Source: Elusimicrobiota bacterium (lineage in GTDB: Bacteria; Elusimicrobiota; Elusimicrobia; UBA1565; UBA9628). Taken from it: a stretch of DNA of 64,000 nucleotides. Below the pieces are notes generated by a model that worked only from the letters and a program-made list of their open reading frames with translations, was not told the DNA's origin and searched no databases. Below, piece by piece: positions 27,278 through 35,747 of the stretch (position 1 is the stretch's first letter; the number at the start of each line of letters is the position of its first letter). A program made the translations under genes and the position numbers. The DNA lies in contig DAIDHI010000033.1 of assembly GCA_027452025.1 (NCBI GenBank), positions 4,737 to 68,736 on the forward strand. Reading direction: 5' to 3'.

Positions 27278-28267
27278 ATGAGCCAATCGCCAGCAAAGCC
27301 AGTTCTCTCCGTCTTGATCCCCGTCTACAACGAGGAAGAGAATCTGCCGGCTCTCGGGGAAGAAGTGCACGCGGCCGTCAAGGACCTCGGCATGACGGCC
27401 GAGGTTATCCTCACCGACGACGGCTCCACGGACGGCTCCTACGAGCAGATCGTGGCGCTGACGCGCCGCTATCCGGAGTTCAAGGCCGTGCGCCTCGGGC
27501 GCAACGCCGGCCAGACCGCGGCCTTGTCGGCCGGCATCAAATATGCCGGCGGCGAGCTCATCGCGTGCCTGGACGCCGACTTGCAAAACGACCCGCGCGA
27601 CCTGGCCAAGCTCATCGGCAAGCTGCAGGAAGGCTACGACGTCGTCAGCGGCTGGCGCAAGGACCGCAAGGACGCGTGGCTCAACCGCCGGCTCCCGAGC
27701 CAAATAGCCAATTCCCTGATTTCCTGGATCACGGGCGTCCATCTCCACGATTACGGCTGCACGCTCAAGCTCTACCGCGCGCGCTACCTCAAGCCGCTGC
27801 GCCTTTACGGCGAGATGCACCGCTTCGTGCCGGCCTTCGCAGGATTTTTAGGGGCGCGCATCGCGGAGCTTCCCGTCAACCATAGGCCCCGGACCAAAGG
27901 GACCTCCAAGTACGGCATCTCCCGCACCTTCAAGGTGATCTTGGACCTGCTCACCGTTAAGTTCATGGACGCCTACATGGGCAAGCCCATCTACCTTTTC
28001 GGCGGAGGGGGCATCGTCATGGGGCTGCTCGGAGTGCTCATGGCGGCCGCGACGCTCTATAAAAAGTTTTTTCTCGGGATTTACGTCAAGGACCAGCCGC
28101 TTTTTCAGGTCTCGATCTTCTTCCTCCTGGTGGGCTTCCAGCTTATCCTGCTCGGCCTTCTCGCCGAGATATTGATTCGCGTCTATTTCGACATCAAGGA
28201 CAAGCCTTCGTACTTCGTGAGGGAAACGGCCGGTTTCGATCCCAAGTTGGCCGAGGTGCGGGGCTGA
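27278..28267 (+). CDS. GT2 polyprenol-phosphate glycosyltransferase (GtrB/ArnC/CsbB-like)
   Basis: LSVLIPVYNEEENL, DDGSTDGS and DADLQND motifs, plus two C-terminal TM helices as in GtrB/DPM1-like enzymes. Confidence 0.8.
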   Translation: MSQSPAKPVLSVLIPVYNEEENLPALGEEVHAAVKDLGMTAEVILTDDGSTDGSYEQIVALTRRYPEFKAVRLGRNAGQTAALSAGIKYAGGELIACLDADLQNDPRDLAKLIGKLQEGYDVVSGWRKDRKDAWLNRRLPSQIANSLISWITGVHLHDYGCTLKLYRARYLKPLRLYGEMHRFVPAFAGFLGARIAELPVNHRPRTKGTSKYGISRTFKVILDLLTVKFMDAYMGKPIYLFGGGGIVMGLLGVLMAAATLYKKFFLGIYVKDQPLFQVSIFFLLVGFQLILLGLLAEILIRVYFDIKDKPSYFVRETAGFDPKLAEVRG

Positions 28268-28743
28268 TGCCTCCCGGGCCGCTGGAGTTCGGCGTCAGGG
28301 ACCTGCCCGCCGACGAGCCCATGCTCGTGCGCCGGAGCGTGCCGGCGGCCGTGTTTTCCGGCTGCCTGGAGGGCGAAGGCGCCTTCGCGGCGCCGGTCGA
28401 CGTCGAGCTCGAGCTGCGGGCCTGCGGCGAGGAGATCCTGTGCCGAGGACGGGTCAGCGGCGAGTGGACGCTCGAATGCACGCGCTGCCTCGCGCCCTTG
28501 CGCTGCGCTTTCCAGGCGCGCTTCGATGCCGCGCTCCAGGCGATCGATGGACGGGCCGACGCGTCGGAGGACGTGCGCCAAGCGCTGATCCTCGCCATCC
28601 CGTCGCTTCGTTATTGCCGCCAGGACTGCAAGGGCCTTTGCCCGCAATGCCGGACCAATCTCAACGAAAAGGACTGCGGCTGCGCGAGCGCCGTCCTAAG
28701 CGGACGATTCAAAACGACAAAAAGAGGGAACCATCATGCCTAA
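28267..28743 (+). CDS. yceD: YceD/DUF177 family protein
   Basis: C-terminal cysteine cluster CRQDCKGLCPQCRTNLNEKDCGC and the canonical position directly upstream of rpmF. The start overlaps the GT2 stop (TGATG). Confidence 0.75.
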   Translation: MPPGPLEFGVRDLPADEPMLVRRSVPAAVFSGCLEGEGAFAAPVDVELELRACGEEILCRGRVSGEWTLECTRCLAPLRCAFQARFDAALQAIDGRADASEDVRQALILAIPSLRYCRQDCKGLCPQCRTNLNEKDCGCASAVLSGRFKTTKRGNHHA

Positions 28744-28963
28744 TCCGAAACGCAAGCACACTCGCTCGCGGCGCGACAGCCGCCGCGCTCAGAACTGGAA
28801 GCTGGACGCGCTTTCCATGAGCGCCTGCGCCAATCCCGAATGCGGGAAGCTGCGCCCGCCGCACACCGTCTGCCCGCACTGCGGCTTTTACAACGGCAAG
28901 ATCGCCGTCGCTCCGAAGCAGAAGAAGGAAGCCGAAAGCGAAGGCGGAGAGCAAAAGAGCTAG
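28736..28963 (+). CDS. rpmF: 50S ribosomal protein L32
   Basis: MPNPKRKHTRSRRDSRRAQ N-terminus and the zinc-knuckle cysteines CANPECG...CPHCG. Confidence 0.9.
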   Translation: MPNPKRKHTRSRRDSRRAQNWKLDALSMSACANPECGKLRPPHTVCPHCGFYNGKIAVAPKQKKEAESEGGEQKS

Positions 28964-28974
28964 GCCGCCGGCGA

Positions 28975-29024
28975 AGGTGCCCGGCATTCACGATTTCTCG
29001 TGAACTCGCGAATGCCGGGCACCT
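28975..29024 (+). promoter_or_regulatory. 15-bp stem-loop between rpmF and plsX
   Basis: aggtgcccggcattc pairs with gaatgccgggcacct around a 20-nt loop. It ends 10 nt before the plsX TTG. No U-tract. Confidence 0.35.
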
Positions 29025-29034
29025 CGGGTGGATC

Positions 29035-30048
29035 TTGAAGCTGGCCCTCGACGCCGCGGCGGGGGATTTCGGGCTCGTCCCCAATATCGACGGAGCCTGC
29101 CGGGCCGCGGCGCAGGGCTTGGAGCTGCTGCTCGTCGGGCCGGCCCGCGACTTGGGCGAGCACCTCAGGCGCAAGGGCATCTCGGAATCGGACCCGCGCT
29201 TCGAGCTCGTCGACGCGCCGGAACTCGTCTCCATGTCGGAGGAGCCCGCGGCGGCCTGCCGCCTCAAGCCCCGCGCCTCGATCATGGTGTGCGCCCAGCT
29301 CGTCGCGTCCGGACGGGCGGCCGGGCTCGTATCGGCCGGAAATTCGGGAGCCGCCATGGCGGCGAGCCTGTGGCATCTTAAGAGGATCGACGGCGTCCTG
29401 CGTCCGGCCGTCGCGGCCGTCTTGCCCACGCCCCGCGGCCCAGTCGTGCTCCTCGACGCCGGGGCGAACGTCGACTGCAAGCCCTGGCACCTGGCGCAAT
29501 TCGCGGCGATGGGAAGCGTCTACGCGCAAGACGCGCTCGGCAAGGACCAACCCCGCATCGGCCTGCTTTCGATCGGGGAGGAATTTTCGAAGGGAAACAT
29601 GCTGGTCAAAGAGGCCGTCCCCTTGCTAGAATCGTCCGGCCTCGCCTTTCACGGAATGGTCGAGGGCCGCGATATCCCCGCGGGCACGGTGGACGTAATC
29701 GTGTGCGACGGCTTCGTCGGCAACGTCGCCGTGAAGTTGATGGAGGGGATGGGCGCGGCGGTGGCATCGCTCTTTAAAGCGGAGGTCGCGACCGGCTGGC
29801 TCTACGGAGCGGCGGCCGCTCTGTTGCGAGGGCCCTTGGAGCGCGTGAAACGCCGATTGAATTACGACGAATACGGCGGAGCGCCTCTGCTCGGAGTAGC
29901 GGGCAACGCGGTGATCGCCCATGGACGCTCCAACGGCAAGGCGATCGCCAACGCCTTGGGCATGGCGGCGCGCCTAAGCGAGCGCGGCAGCCAGGAGCGC
30001 ATCCGAAGAGCCGTCGACGATTTGAAGCACCAGCTGGAAAAGTTTTAA
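29035..30048 (+). CDS. plsX: Phosphate acyltransferase PlsX
   Basis: MKLALDAAAGDFG N-terminus (TTG start, the only in-frame start after the rpmF stop), plus SAGNSGA and VCDGFVGNVAVK motifs. Confidence 0.85.
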   Translation: MKLALDAAAGDFGLVPNIDGACRAAAQGLELLLVGPARDLGEHLRRKGISESDPRFELVDAPELVSMSEEPAAACRLKPRASIMVCAQLVASGRAAGLVSAGNSGAAMAASLWHLKRIDGVLRPAVAAVLPTPRGPVVLLDAGANVDCKPWHLAQFAAMGSVYAQDALGKDQPRIGLLSIGEEFSKGNMLVKEAVPLLESSGLAFHGMVEGRDIPAGTVDVIVCDGFVGNVAVKLMEGMGAAVASLFKAEVATGWLYGAAAALLRGPLERVKRRLNYDEYGGAPLLGVAGNAVIAHGRSNGKAIANALGMAARLSERGSQERIRRAVDDLKHQLEKF

Positions 30049-30062
30049 GAAGGGGCAATATC

Positions 30063-30845
30063 ATGACAACACAAACCGCAGCTCAGCCCGCGGCCGAGAC
30101 CGGCCTGCGGCTCAAAGACCGAGTGGCCATCATCACCGGTTCGGCTCAAGGCATCGGCTACGCTACGGCCGAGCTATTGGGGCAAAACGGCGCGAAGGTC
30201 GTGATGGTCGACGTCGACGCGGCCAAGATCGAGGAGTCCCGCAAGAGCCTCGAGGGCGCCGGAATCCAGACCCTCGGGGTGAAAGCCGACGTGACCCGCT
30301 TCGAGGACTGCGAAGGCGTCGTCAAATCCTCGCTGGACAAATTCGGGAAAATTGATATATTGGTCAACAACGCGGGCATCACCCGGGACAACCTGGTCAT
30401 GCGGATGTCGGAGGCGGACTGGGACCTGGTGCTCAATGTGAATCTCAAGGGAGCCTTCAATTTCATCAAGGCCGTCAGCCGCTCGATGCTCAAGGCTCAC
30501 TACGGGCGCATCGTGAACATCGCGTCCGTCGTCGGCGAGGAAGGCAACGCCGGCCAGGCGAATTACTGCGCCTCCAAGGGAGGGCTCATAGCGCTGACGA
30601 AGTCCTGCGCACGCGAGTTCGCCTCCCGCAACATCCTGTGCAACGCCGTGGCTCCCGGCTTCATCAGGACGCGCCTGACCGACGTGATTCCTGAGGCCGA
30701 GAAGCAGAAGTTGCTGACGAAGATTTTGGTGGGCCGCATGGGCGAACCCATCGATATCGCGCGCGCCGTGCTTTTCTTGGCGAGCGACGAGGCGTCCTAC
30801 ATCACCGGCCACGTTCTCAACGTGAACGGCGGCGGGTACATGTAG
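30063..30845 (+). CDS. fabG: 3-oxoacyl-ACP reductase
   Basis: TGSAQGIG cofactor motif, NNAGITRD, and the catalytic YCASKGG (YxxxK). Confidence 0.9.
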   Translation: MTTQTAAQPAAETGLRLKDRVAIITGSAQGIGYATAELLGQNGAKVVMVDVDAAKIEESRKSLEGAGIQTLGVKADVTRFEDCEGVVKSSLDKFGKIDILVNNAGITRDNLVMRMSEADWDLVLNVNLKGAFNFIKAVSRSMLKAHYGRIVNIASVVGEEGNAGQANYCASKGGLIALTKSCAREFASRNILCNAVAPGFIRTRLTDVIPEAEKQKLLTKILVGRMGEPIDIARAVLFLASDEASYITGHVLNVNGGGYM

Positions 30846-30864
30846 GTCCATAGGAGAAGACCAC

Positions 30865-31110
30865 ATGGCTGAGACAAGCGTTGCAGACCGCGTCAAGCAG
30901 ATCATCGTCGAGCAGTTGGGCGTAGACGCCGCCGAGGTGACCCCTCAGGCGCATTTCGTCAATGACCTGGGCGCCGACTCGCTCGACACCGTCGAGCTGG
31001 TGATGGCCCTGGAAGAGGAGTTCGACACCGAGATCCCCGACGAGCAGGCCGAGAAGATCCAGACCGTCGGCCAGGCGATCGACTACATCCAGGCGCACGC
31101 CAAGAAGTAG
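30865..31110 (+). CDS. acpP: Acyl carrier protein
   Basis: Phosphopantetheine site [20 protein letters not shown]. Confidence 0.95.
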   Translation: MAETSVADRVKQIIVEQLGVDAAEVTPQAHFVNDLGADSLDTVELVMALEEEFDTEIPDEQAEKIQTVGQAIDYIQAHAKK

Positions 31111-31125
31111 CCGAAGGTCGACGCA

Positions 31126-31812
31126 GTGCCTGACGGGCTCAGACCTCTCGAGGAGGTCATCGGGTATCGCTTCAGGGATCCGGAGCTGCTCAACGAGGCG
31201 CTGTCTCACAAGTCCTTCGCCTCGGAGAGCAAATCCGGCGTTTACAACGAGCGATTGGAGTTTTTGGGCGACAGCATTCTGGCCGCCGTCGTCGCCCATC
31301 AGCTCTACGCGGGCTACCCGGACCAGGACGAAGGCAGCCTTTCCAAGAAGAAGTCTCAGCTCGTCTCGCGGCCGATGCTGGCGCGCTGGGCAGCCGGCAT
31401 CCGCTTGGGCGACTACCTGCTCCTCGGCGTCGGCGAGGAGACCTCGGGGGGACGAACCCGGCAGAGCCTGCTGGGAAACGCTCTCGAGGCCCTCATCGGC
31501 GCGATCTACCTCGACGGCGGCTACGAAGCGTCCGAGCGCTTCATAAGAGCCTGGCTGGTCGAGCACGGCGACATCCAGGAGACGGACTACAAGAGCCGGC
31601 TCCAAGAAGTGCTGCAAAAGAAGTTCAAAGTCCCGCCCGTTTACGAGCTGTCCGGATCGACCGGTCCTGACCATGACAAGACGTTTTTGGTCATGGTCAG
31701 GATCGGCGAGCGGGTCCTCGGGCGGGGATCGGGCAAGAGCAAGAAGGAAGCCGAGCAGTCGGCGGCGCGACACGCGCTGGAATCGGCCGCCGAGGGCGCG
31801 AGCAAGCCGTAG
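31126..31812 (+). CDS. rnc: Ribonuclease III
   Basis: Signature NERLEFLGDS and a C-terminal dsRBD (GSGKSKKEAEQSAARHAL). GTG start. Confidence 0.9.
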   Translation: MPDGLRPLEEVIGYRFRDPELLNEALSHKSFASESKSGVYNERLEFLGDSILAAVVAHQLYAGYPDQDEGSLSKKKSQLVSRPMLARWAAGIRLGDYLLLGVGEETSGGRTRQSLLGNALEALIGAIYLDGGYEASERFIRAWLVEHGDIQETDYKSRLQEVLQKKFKVPPVYELSGSTGPDHDKTFLVMVRIGERVLGRGSGKSKKEAEQSAARHALESAAEGASKP

Positions 31813-31829
31813 GGGACCAGGGAGGCGTC

Positions 31830-33074
31830 ATGGATTACGAGTTGACGGAGCAGCAGCAGGACATCGTTTCGCTCGCCGCGCTCTTGGCGCAGCAGAAGAT
31901 CAAGCCCGTGCGCGAGCACTATGACCAGACCGAGGAGTTCCCTTGGCCGATCGTCGAGGAGCTGCGCAAGGCCGACCTTTTCGGCGTCTATCTGCCGGAG
32001 GCCTACGGAGGCCTCGGCGGCGGGGCAGTCGAGCTCGTGCTGGTCACGGAGCAGATTTCGCGGGTCTGCGGCGGCATCGCGCTTGCCGTGGCGGCCTCCG
32101 GTCTTTGCGGCATCCCGATCCTTCTCTTCGGAAACGCCGAGCAGCGACAGAAGTGGCTTCCCGATCTCGCCAGCGGCAAGCGGCTGGGCGCGTTCACGAT
32201 CACGGAGCCTCAGGCCGGGTCCGACGCCACGGCCACGAAGTGCACGGCCAAACTCGAGGGCGACTATTACGTTCTCAACGGCCAGAAGAACTTCTGCTCC
32301 AACGGCAACGCCGCCGAGCTCTACACGCTGTTCGCGACCACCAACCCCAACCGCGGGGCGCGAGGCATCTCGGCCTTCGTCGTCGAAAAAGGCACGCCGG
32401 GCTTTACCTTCGGCAAGAAGGAGCACAAGATGGGAATCCGGGCTTCCTGGACTTACGACCTCATCTTCAACAACTGCAAGATCCCTAAAAAGAACCTCCT
32501 TTATAAAGAGGGCTACGGGCTCTTCGTCGCGCAGAATACGTTCGACATGTCCCGGCCCGGAGTGGCCGCGCAAGCCCTCGGCATCGGGCAGGGGGCGCTC
32601 GACGAGACGCTCTCCTATATTCGCGTGCGCAAGCAGTTCAACCAGACCATCGCGAGCTTCCAGGCCATCCAGCACATGATGGCGGACTCCGCCACTCAAA
32701 TCGAGGCCAGCCGGGCGTTGCTCTACGCCACGGCGAAGGCCATCGACAAGGCCTTCAAGCCAGCCATCGACGCGGCCATCGAGAAGGGCACGATCGTCTT
32801 CGACGAAATGAACCGGCTGGAGTGCAAGCGCTGGACGAAGGAGTCGGGCATGTGCAAGGTCATGTGCTCGGACACCGCCATGAAAGTGGCCGTAGACTGC
32901 GTGCAGATGTGCGGCGGCATCGGCTACATGCGGGATTTCCCGGTCGAGAAGTTCATGCGCGACGCCAAGATCACGCAGATCTACGAGGGGACGAACCAAA
33001 TCCAGCGCAACGAGATCGCCATGATGATCATAAAGGAAGCGGCCTCGAAGCAGAAGGAAGCGGTCGCCGCCTAG
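31830..33074 (+). CDS. Acyl-CoA dehydrogenase
   Basis: ACAD pattern (GAFTITEPQAGSD, YVLNGQKNF, QMCGGIGYMRDFPVEKFMRDAKITQIYEGTNQIQ). Carries an insertion of about 30 aa before the last helix bundle. Confidence 0.85.
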   Translation: MDYELTEQQQDIVSLAALLAQQKIKPVREHYDQTEEFPWPIVEELRKADLFGVYLPEAYGGLGGGAVELVLVTEQISRVCGGIALAVAASGLCGIPILLFGNAEQRQKWLPDLASGKRLGAFTITEPQAGSDATATKCTAKLEGDYYVLNGQKNFCSNGNAAELYTLFATTNPNRGARGISAFVVEKGTPGFTFGKKEHKMGIRASWTYDLIFNNCKIPKKNLLYKEGYGLFVAQNTFDMSRPGVAAQALGIGQGALDETLSYIRVRKQFNQTIASFQAIQHMMADSATQIEASRALLYATAKAIDKAFKPAIDAAIEKGTIVFDEMNRLECKRWTKESGMCKVMCSDTAMKVAVDCVQMCGGIGYMRDFPVEKFMRDAKITQIYEGTNQIQRNEIAMMIIKEAASKQKEAVAA

Positions 33075-33112
33075 CGCCTTGTCATCGAAAGCTTTTTGCC
33101 AAGGGCAAAAAG

Positions 33113-33149
33113 CAAGAGCCGGCCCCTCGGGGCCGGCTCTTGCCGTTTT
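33113..33149. terminator. Bidirectional Rho-independent terminator between convergent genes
   Basis: A 13-bp stem pairs caagagccggccc with gggccggctcttg. It is followed by cgTTTT on plus and TTTTTG on minus. An adjacent second hairpin pairs gctttttgc with gcaaaaagc (33091-33113). Confidence 0.65.
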
Positions 33150-33166
33150 GGGGGGCCGAGCCGTTC

Positions 33167-33835
33167 CTAGTCGGCCTTCTCCGCGGAAATCAGCCCGAGA
33201 TCGATTCCCTTGACCACGGCTTCGGTGCGGTTGGACACGCCCAGCTTCTGGAACATGCTGTTGAGATGATTCTTGACCGTCTTGACGCTGCACTCGAGGC
33301 GAGCGGCGATCTCCTTGTTCGATTGGCCGCGGCCGAGCAGCGCCAGGACCTTGATCTCGGTCTTGGTGAGCGCGACCAGGGAAGCCTCGGAAGAGGAGTT
33401 GCCCATCTGGCGCAGGCCGTCGATGAGCTTGCTCATGACCGGCTGCGGGATCATGACTCCTTGGTTGGCGAAGGCCTTCAAGGCGTTGACCAGCTCGGAG
33501 GCCGGCAGCATCTTGGAGAGGTAGCCGTTGGCTCCGGCCTGGATGGCTTCCATCACGTGGGATTCGTCCTCGAATGAGGAGAGGATGAGGACGTTGGTCG
33601 TCGGGCAGTCGCGGTGGATCTGTCGCGTCGCCTCGATGCCGTCCATATGAGGGAGCTTGATGTCGAGGAGGATGACGTTGGGCTTGAGCTTTTTAACCAG
33701 CCGCAGCGCTTCCTGACCGTCGGCGGCTTCGCCGACGACCTCGATGGACTTCTCGTTTTCAAGCAAGTCCTTGATGCCTTCCCGGAAAAGGGTCTGATCG
33801 TCCGCGATCACGACGCTGATCTTCTTCTTGGCCAC
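33167..33835 (-). CDS. NarL/LuxR-family response regulator (no adjacent kinase)
   Basis: Receiver domain (VVIADDQ, LLDIKLPHMDG) and a LuxR HTH (SNKEIAARLECSVKTVKNHLNSMFQKLGV). GTG start at 33835 preceded by GGAGAG. Confidence 0.85.
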   Translation of the reverse strand: MAKKKISVVIADDQTLFREGIKDLLENEKSIEVVGEAADGQEALRLVKKLKPNVILLDIKLPHMDGIEATRQIHRDCPTTNVLILSSFEDESHVMEAIQAGANGYLSKMLPASELVNALKAFANQGVMIPQPVMSKLIDGLRQMGNSSSEASLVALTKTEIKVLALLGRGQSNKEIAARLECSVKTVKNHLNSMFQKLGVSNRTEAVVKGIDLGLISAEKAD

Positions 33836-33935
33836 CTGTCGCTCTCCTTGACTGCCCGACGCGTCGCATAATATACAAAATATTTTCACTCGCGCCAGGG
33901 CAATCGCTTGGCGCGTCGTGAGGGGGGCTTTTTTT

Positions 33936-33944
33936 TGATATAAT
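33936..33944 (+). promoter_or_regulatory. Extended -10 (TGaTATAAT) for tRNA-Met
   Basis: A consensus TATAAT ends 9 nt before the first tRNA base. Confidence 0.4.
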
Positions 33945-33953
33945 CGCCGCCGC

Positions 33954-34026
33954 GGCGCCGTAGCTCAGGGGTTAGAGCGAGCGTTTCATAAGCGTTAGGT
34001 CGGTGGTTCAAATCCACCCGGCGCCA
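33954..34026 (+). tRNA. tRNA with CAT anticodon (elongator Met, or Ile2 if lysidinylated)
   Basis: Hand-folded. Acceptor GGCGCCG/CGGCGCC (G1-C72 paired, so not an initiator), anticodon loop TTCATAA, and T-arm GGTGG-TTCAAAT-CCACC. Confidence 0.8.
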
Positions 34027-34036
34027 CCGATTTGCG

Positions 34037-34064
34037 GGCCTGCGTCATCGCGGGCCTTTTTATT
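34037..34064 (+). terminator. Rho-independent terminator after tRNA-Met
   Basis: An 8-bp stem pairs ggcctgcg with cgcgggcc (one G-U pair) around the loop tcat, followed by TTTTTATT. Confidence 0.6.
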
Positions 34065-34084
34065 GGCCGTTTCGTGACGCCGGT

Positions 34085-34114
34085 TTGACTTGCCGCTTTG
34101 TTTATAGATATAGT
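34085..34114 (+). promoter_or_regulatory. Sigma70-like promoter TTGACT-18 nt-TATAGT for the histone-fold gene
   Basis: Seen in the AT-rich spacer about 50 nt upstream of ATG 34164. Confidence 0.5.
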
Positions 34115-34163
34115 TGGTTCGACGTCCTTATATACATCGCGTCTATTCAGGAGAGGGACCACA

Positions 34164-34346
34164 ATGGCCGAGACTCTCGTCGTCGTCAGCAAAGTCAAGA
34201 AGATCGTCAAGGACGCCGGTTTCCGCACGGGGGGCGATTATATCGACAGCCTCTCCAACAAGATCAGCAGCCTCATCCAGGCTTCCATCGAGAAGGTCAA
34301 GGCCGACGGCAAGAAGAAGACGCTCGGCGCCGAGGATCTGGCTTAA
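34164..34346 (+). CDS. Histone-fold DNA-binding protein (bacterial singlet histone-like, 60 aa)
   Basis: The sequence is MAETLVVVSKVKKIVKDAGFRTGGDYIDSLSNKISSLIQASIEKVKADGKKKTLGAEDLA. It aligns by eye with archaeal HMfB ([54 protein letters not shown]). AGGAGAG SD. The track ORF starts at an upstream ATG (34098) that lies inside the promoter region. Confidence 0.7.
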   Translation: MAETLVVVSKVKKIVKDAGFRTGGDYIDSLSNKISSLIQASIEKVKADGKKKTLGAEDLA

Positions 34347-34366
34347 GACCAGGGACACCGTCGCGC

Positions 34367-35371
34367 ATGCAAACGTTCAGGGATTTCATGGAGGCAGCCC
34401 TCTACGACCCTGAGCGCGGCTATTATAGCCGCCGCACGCCGACGGAGGATTTCTACACCGCTCCGGAGCTGCATCCCGCCTATGCCGGAGCGCTCGCGCG
34501 CGTCGTGGCCCAGCGCTTCGAGCTGATGAAGGCGGCCGGCGTCCCGGGGCCTTATTCTGTCGTGGAAATGGGCTGCGGCCAGGGGCGCCTCGGACGGGCG
34601 CTGCTCTGCGAGTTCAAGCAGAGGCACCCGGCCTGGGCGACGCAGACCCGCTACGTCCTCATCGAGCGTTCCCGCACGGCGCTGCTCGACGCCATCATGG
34701 CGGCCTCGCAGGTCCACGGGCAGGTGTTGGGCTACAGCCGCCTCGAGGAGCTCCTTCCCTGCTCCGGGATCTTCCTGTCCAACGAGCTGGTGGACGCCTT
34801 CCCGGTGCACCTGCTCGAGAAGCGCTCCGGGCGAGTCTTCGAGGTCTATGTCGAGGATTCCGGACGCACCGTGCTCTCCGATCTGTCCACGCCGGAGCTG
34901 GTCCCCCATGCTCAAGCGGTCGAGGCCAGCCTCGCCGAGGGCGAGCGCCATGCCGTCAATCTTGAAGCCCGCCGCTGGCTGCGCCTGGTCTCCCAGAAGC
35001 TCGAGGCGGGCTACGTCGTGACGATTGACTACGGCAAGCGCTTCGGCGCCAGCCCCAATCCTCCGCGGACGTTCTACCGGCACACCACCGATGAACTGGT
35101 GACCGACGGCAAGGGCCGCAAGGACATCACGGCCTCCGTCGACTTCGACGCCCTCATCGACGAGGGCGGCCGCTTGGGTCTCGGCTTGGAGCTTTACGGC
35201 TCGCTTTCTCGCTTCCTGCTCGAGGCCGGAATCGCGGATTGGATGCCGTCGGGAGACTCCGTGGCCGACCTCAAGGCTCGCACGAAAATCAAGACGCTCA
35301 TCCATCCGGAAGGGATGGGCGAGGTCTTCAAGGTTTTGATCCAGAAGAGATCCCCGGAGCTGCCCCAATGA
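34367..35371 (+). CDS. MidA/NDUFAF7-family SAM-dependent methyltransferase (DUF185)
   Basis: FMEAALYDPERGYYS N-terminus, SAM motif VVEMGCGQGRLG, NELVDAFPVH and TIDYG motifs typical of the MidA family. The stop overlaps the nuoA ATG (ATGA). Confidence 0.75.
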   Translation: MQTFRDFMEAALYDPERGYYSRRTPTEDFYTAPELHPAYAGALARVVAQRFELMKAAGVPGPYSVVEMGCGQGRLGRALLCEFKQRHPAWATQTRYVLIERSRTALLDAIMAASQVHGQVLGYSRLEELLPCSGIFLSNELVDAFPVHLLEKRSGRVFEVYVEDSGRTVLSDLSTPELVPHAQAVEASLAEGERHAVNLEARRWLRLVSQKLEAGYVVTIDYGKRFGASPNPPRTFYRHTTDELVTDGKGRKDITASVDFDALIDEGGRLGLGLELYGSLSRFLLEAGIADWMPSGDSVADLKARTKIKTLIHPEGMGEVFKVLIQKRSPELPQ

Positions 35372-35724
35372 TGAGCGCGTTCGCCGTCGTCTATGCCCTC
35401 ACTCTCGTCGCCGTTCTTTTCGCGGCCGTGACGCTGATCGCGGCCAAGCTGCTTCGGCCGCGCGTGGAATACGCCCGGAAACTCTCCACCTACGAGTGCG
35501 GCATCCCGGCCGTCGGCACCACCGAGGTCAAGCTCAACATCCGCTTCTACGTCTTCGCCTTGCTGTTCGTGCTCTTCGACGTCGAGACGCTCTACGTCTA
35601 TCCTTGGGCCGTCACGGCCAAGAGCCTGGGCACGCCGGCGATCGCGGAGATGGGAGTTTTCCTCGCGATTCTCTTCATCGGGCTGGCTTACGCCTGGGCC
35701 AAGGGCGCGCTGCAGTGGGAATAG
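35368..35724 (+). CDS. nuoA: NADH-quinone oxidoreductase subunit A
   Basis: Three TM helices with YECG and FDVE motifs. Confidence 0.9.
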   Translation: MMSAFAVVYALTLVAVLFAAVTLIAAKLLRPRVEYARKLSTYECGIPAVGTTEVKLNIRFYVFALLFVLFDVETLYVYPWAVTAKSLGTPAIAEMGVFLAILFIGLAYAWAKGALQWE

Positions 35725-35747
35725 GGGACTAGACCGAGAGATTCGAC

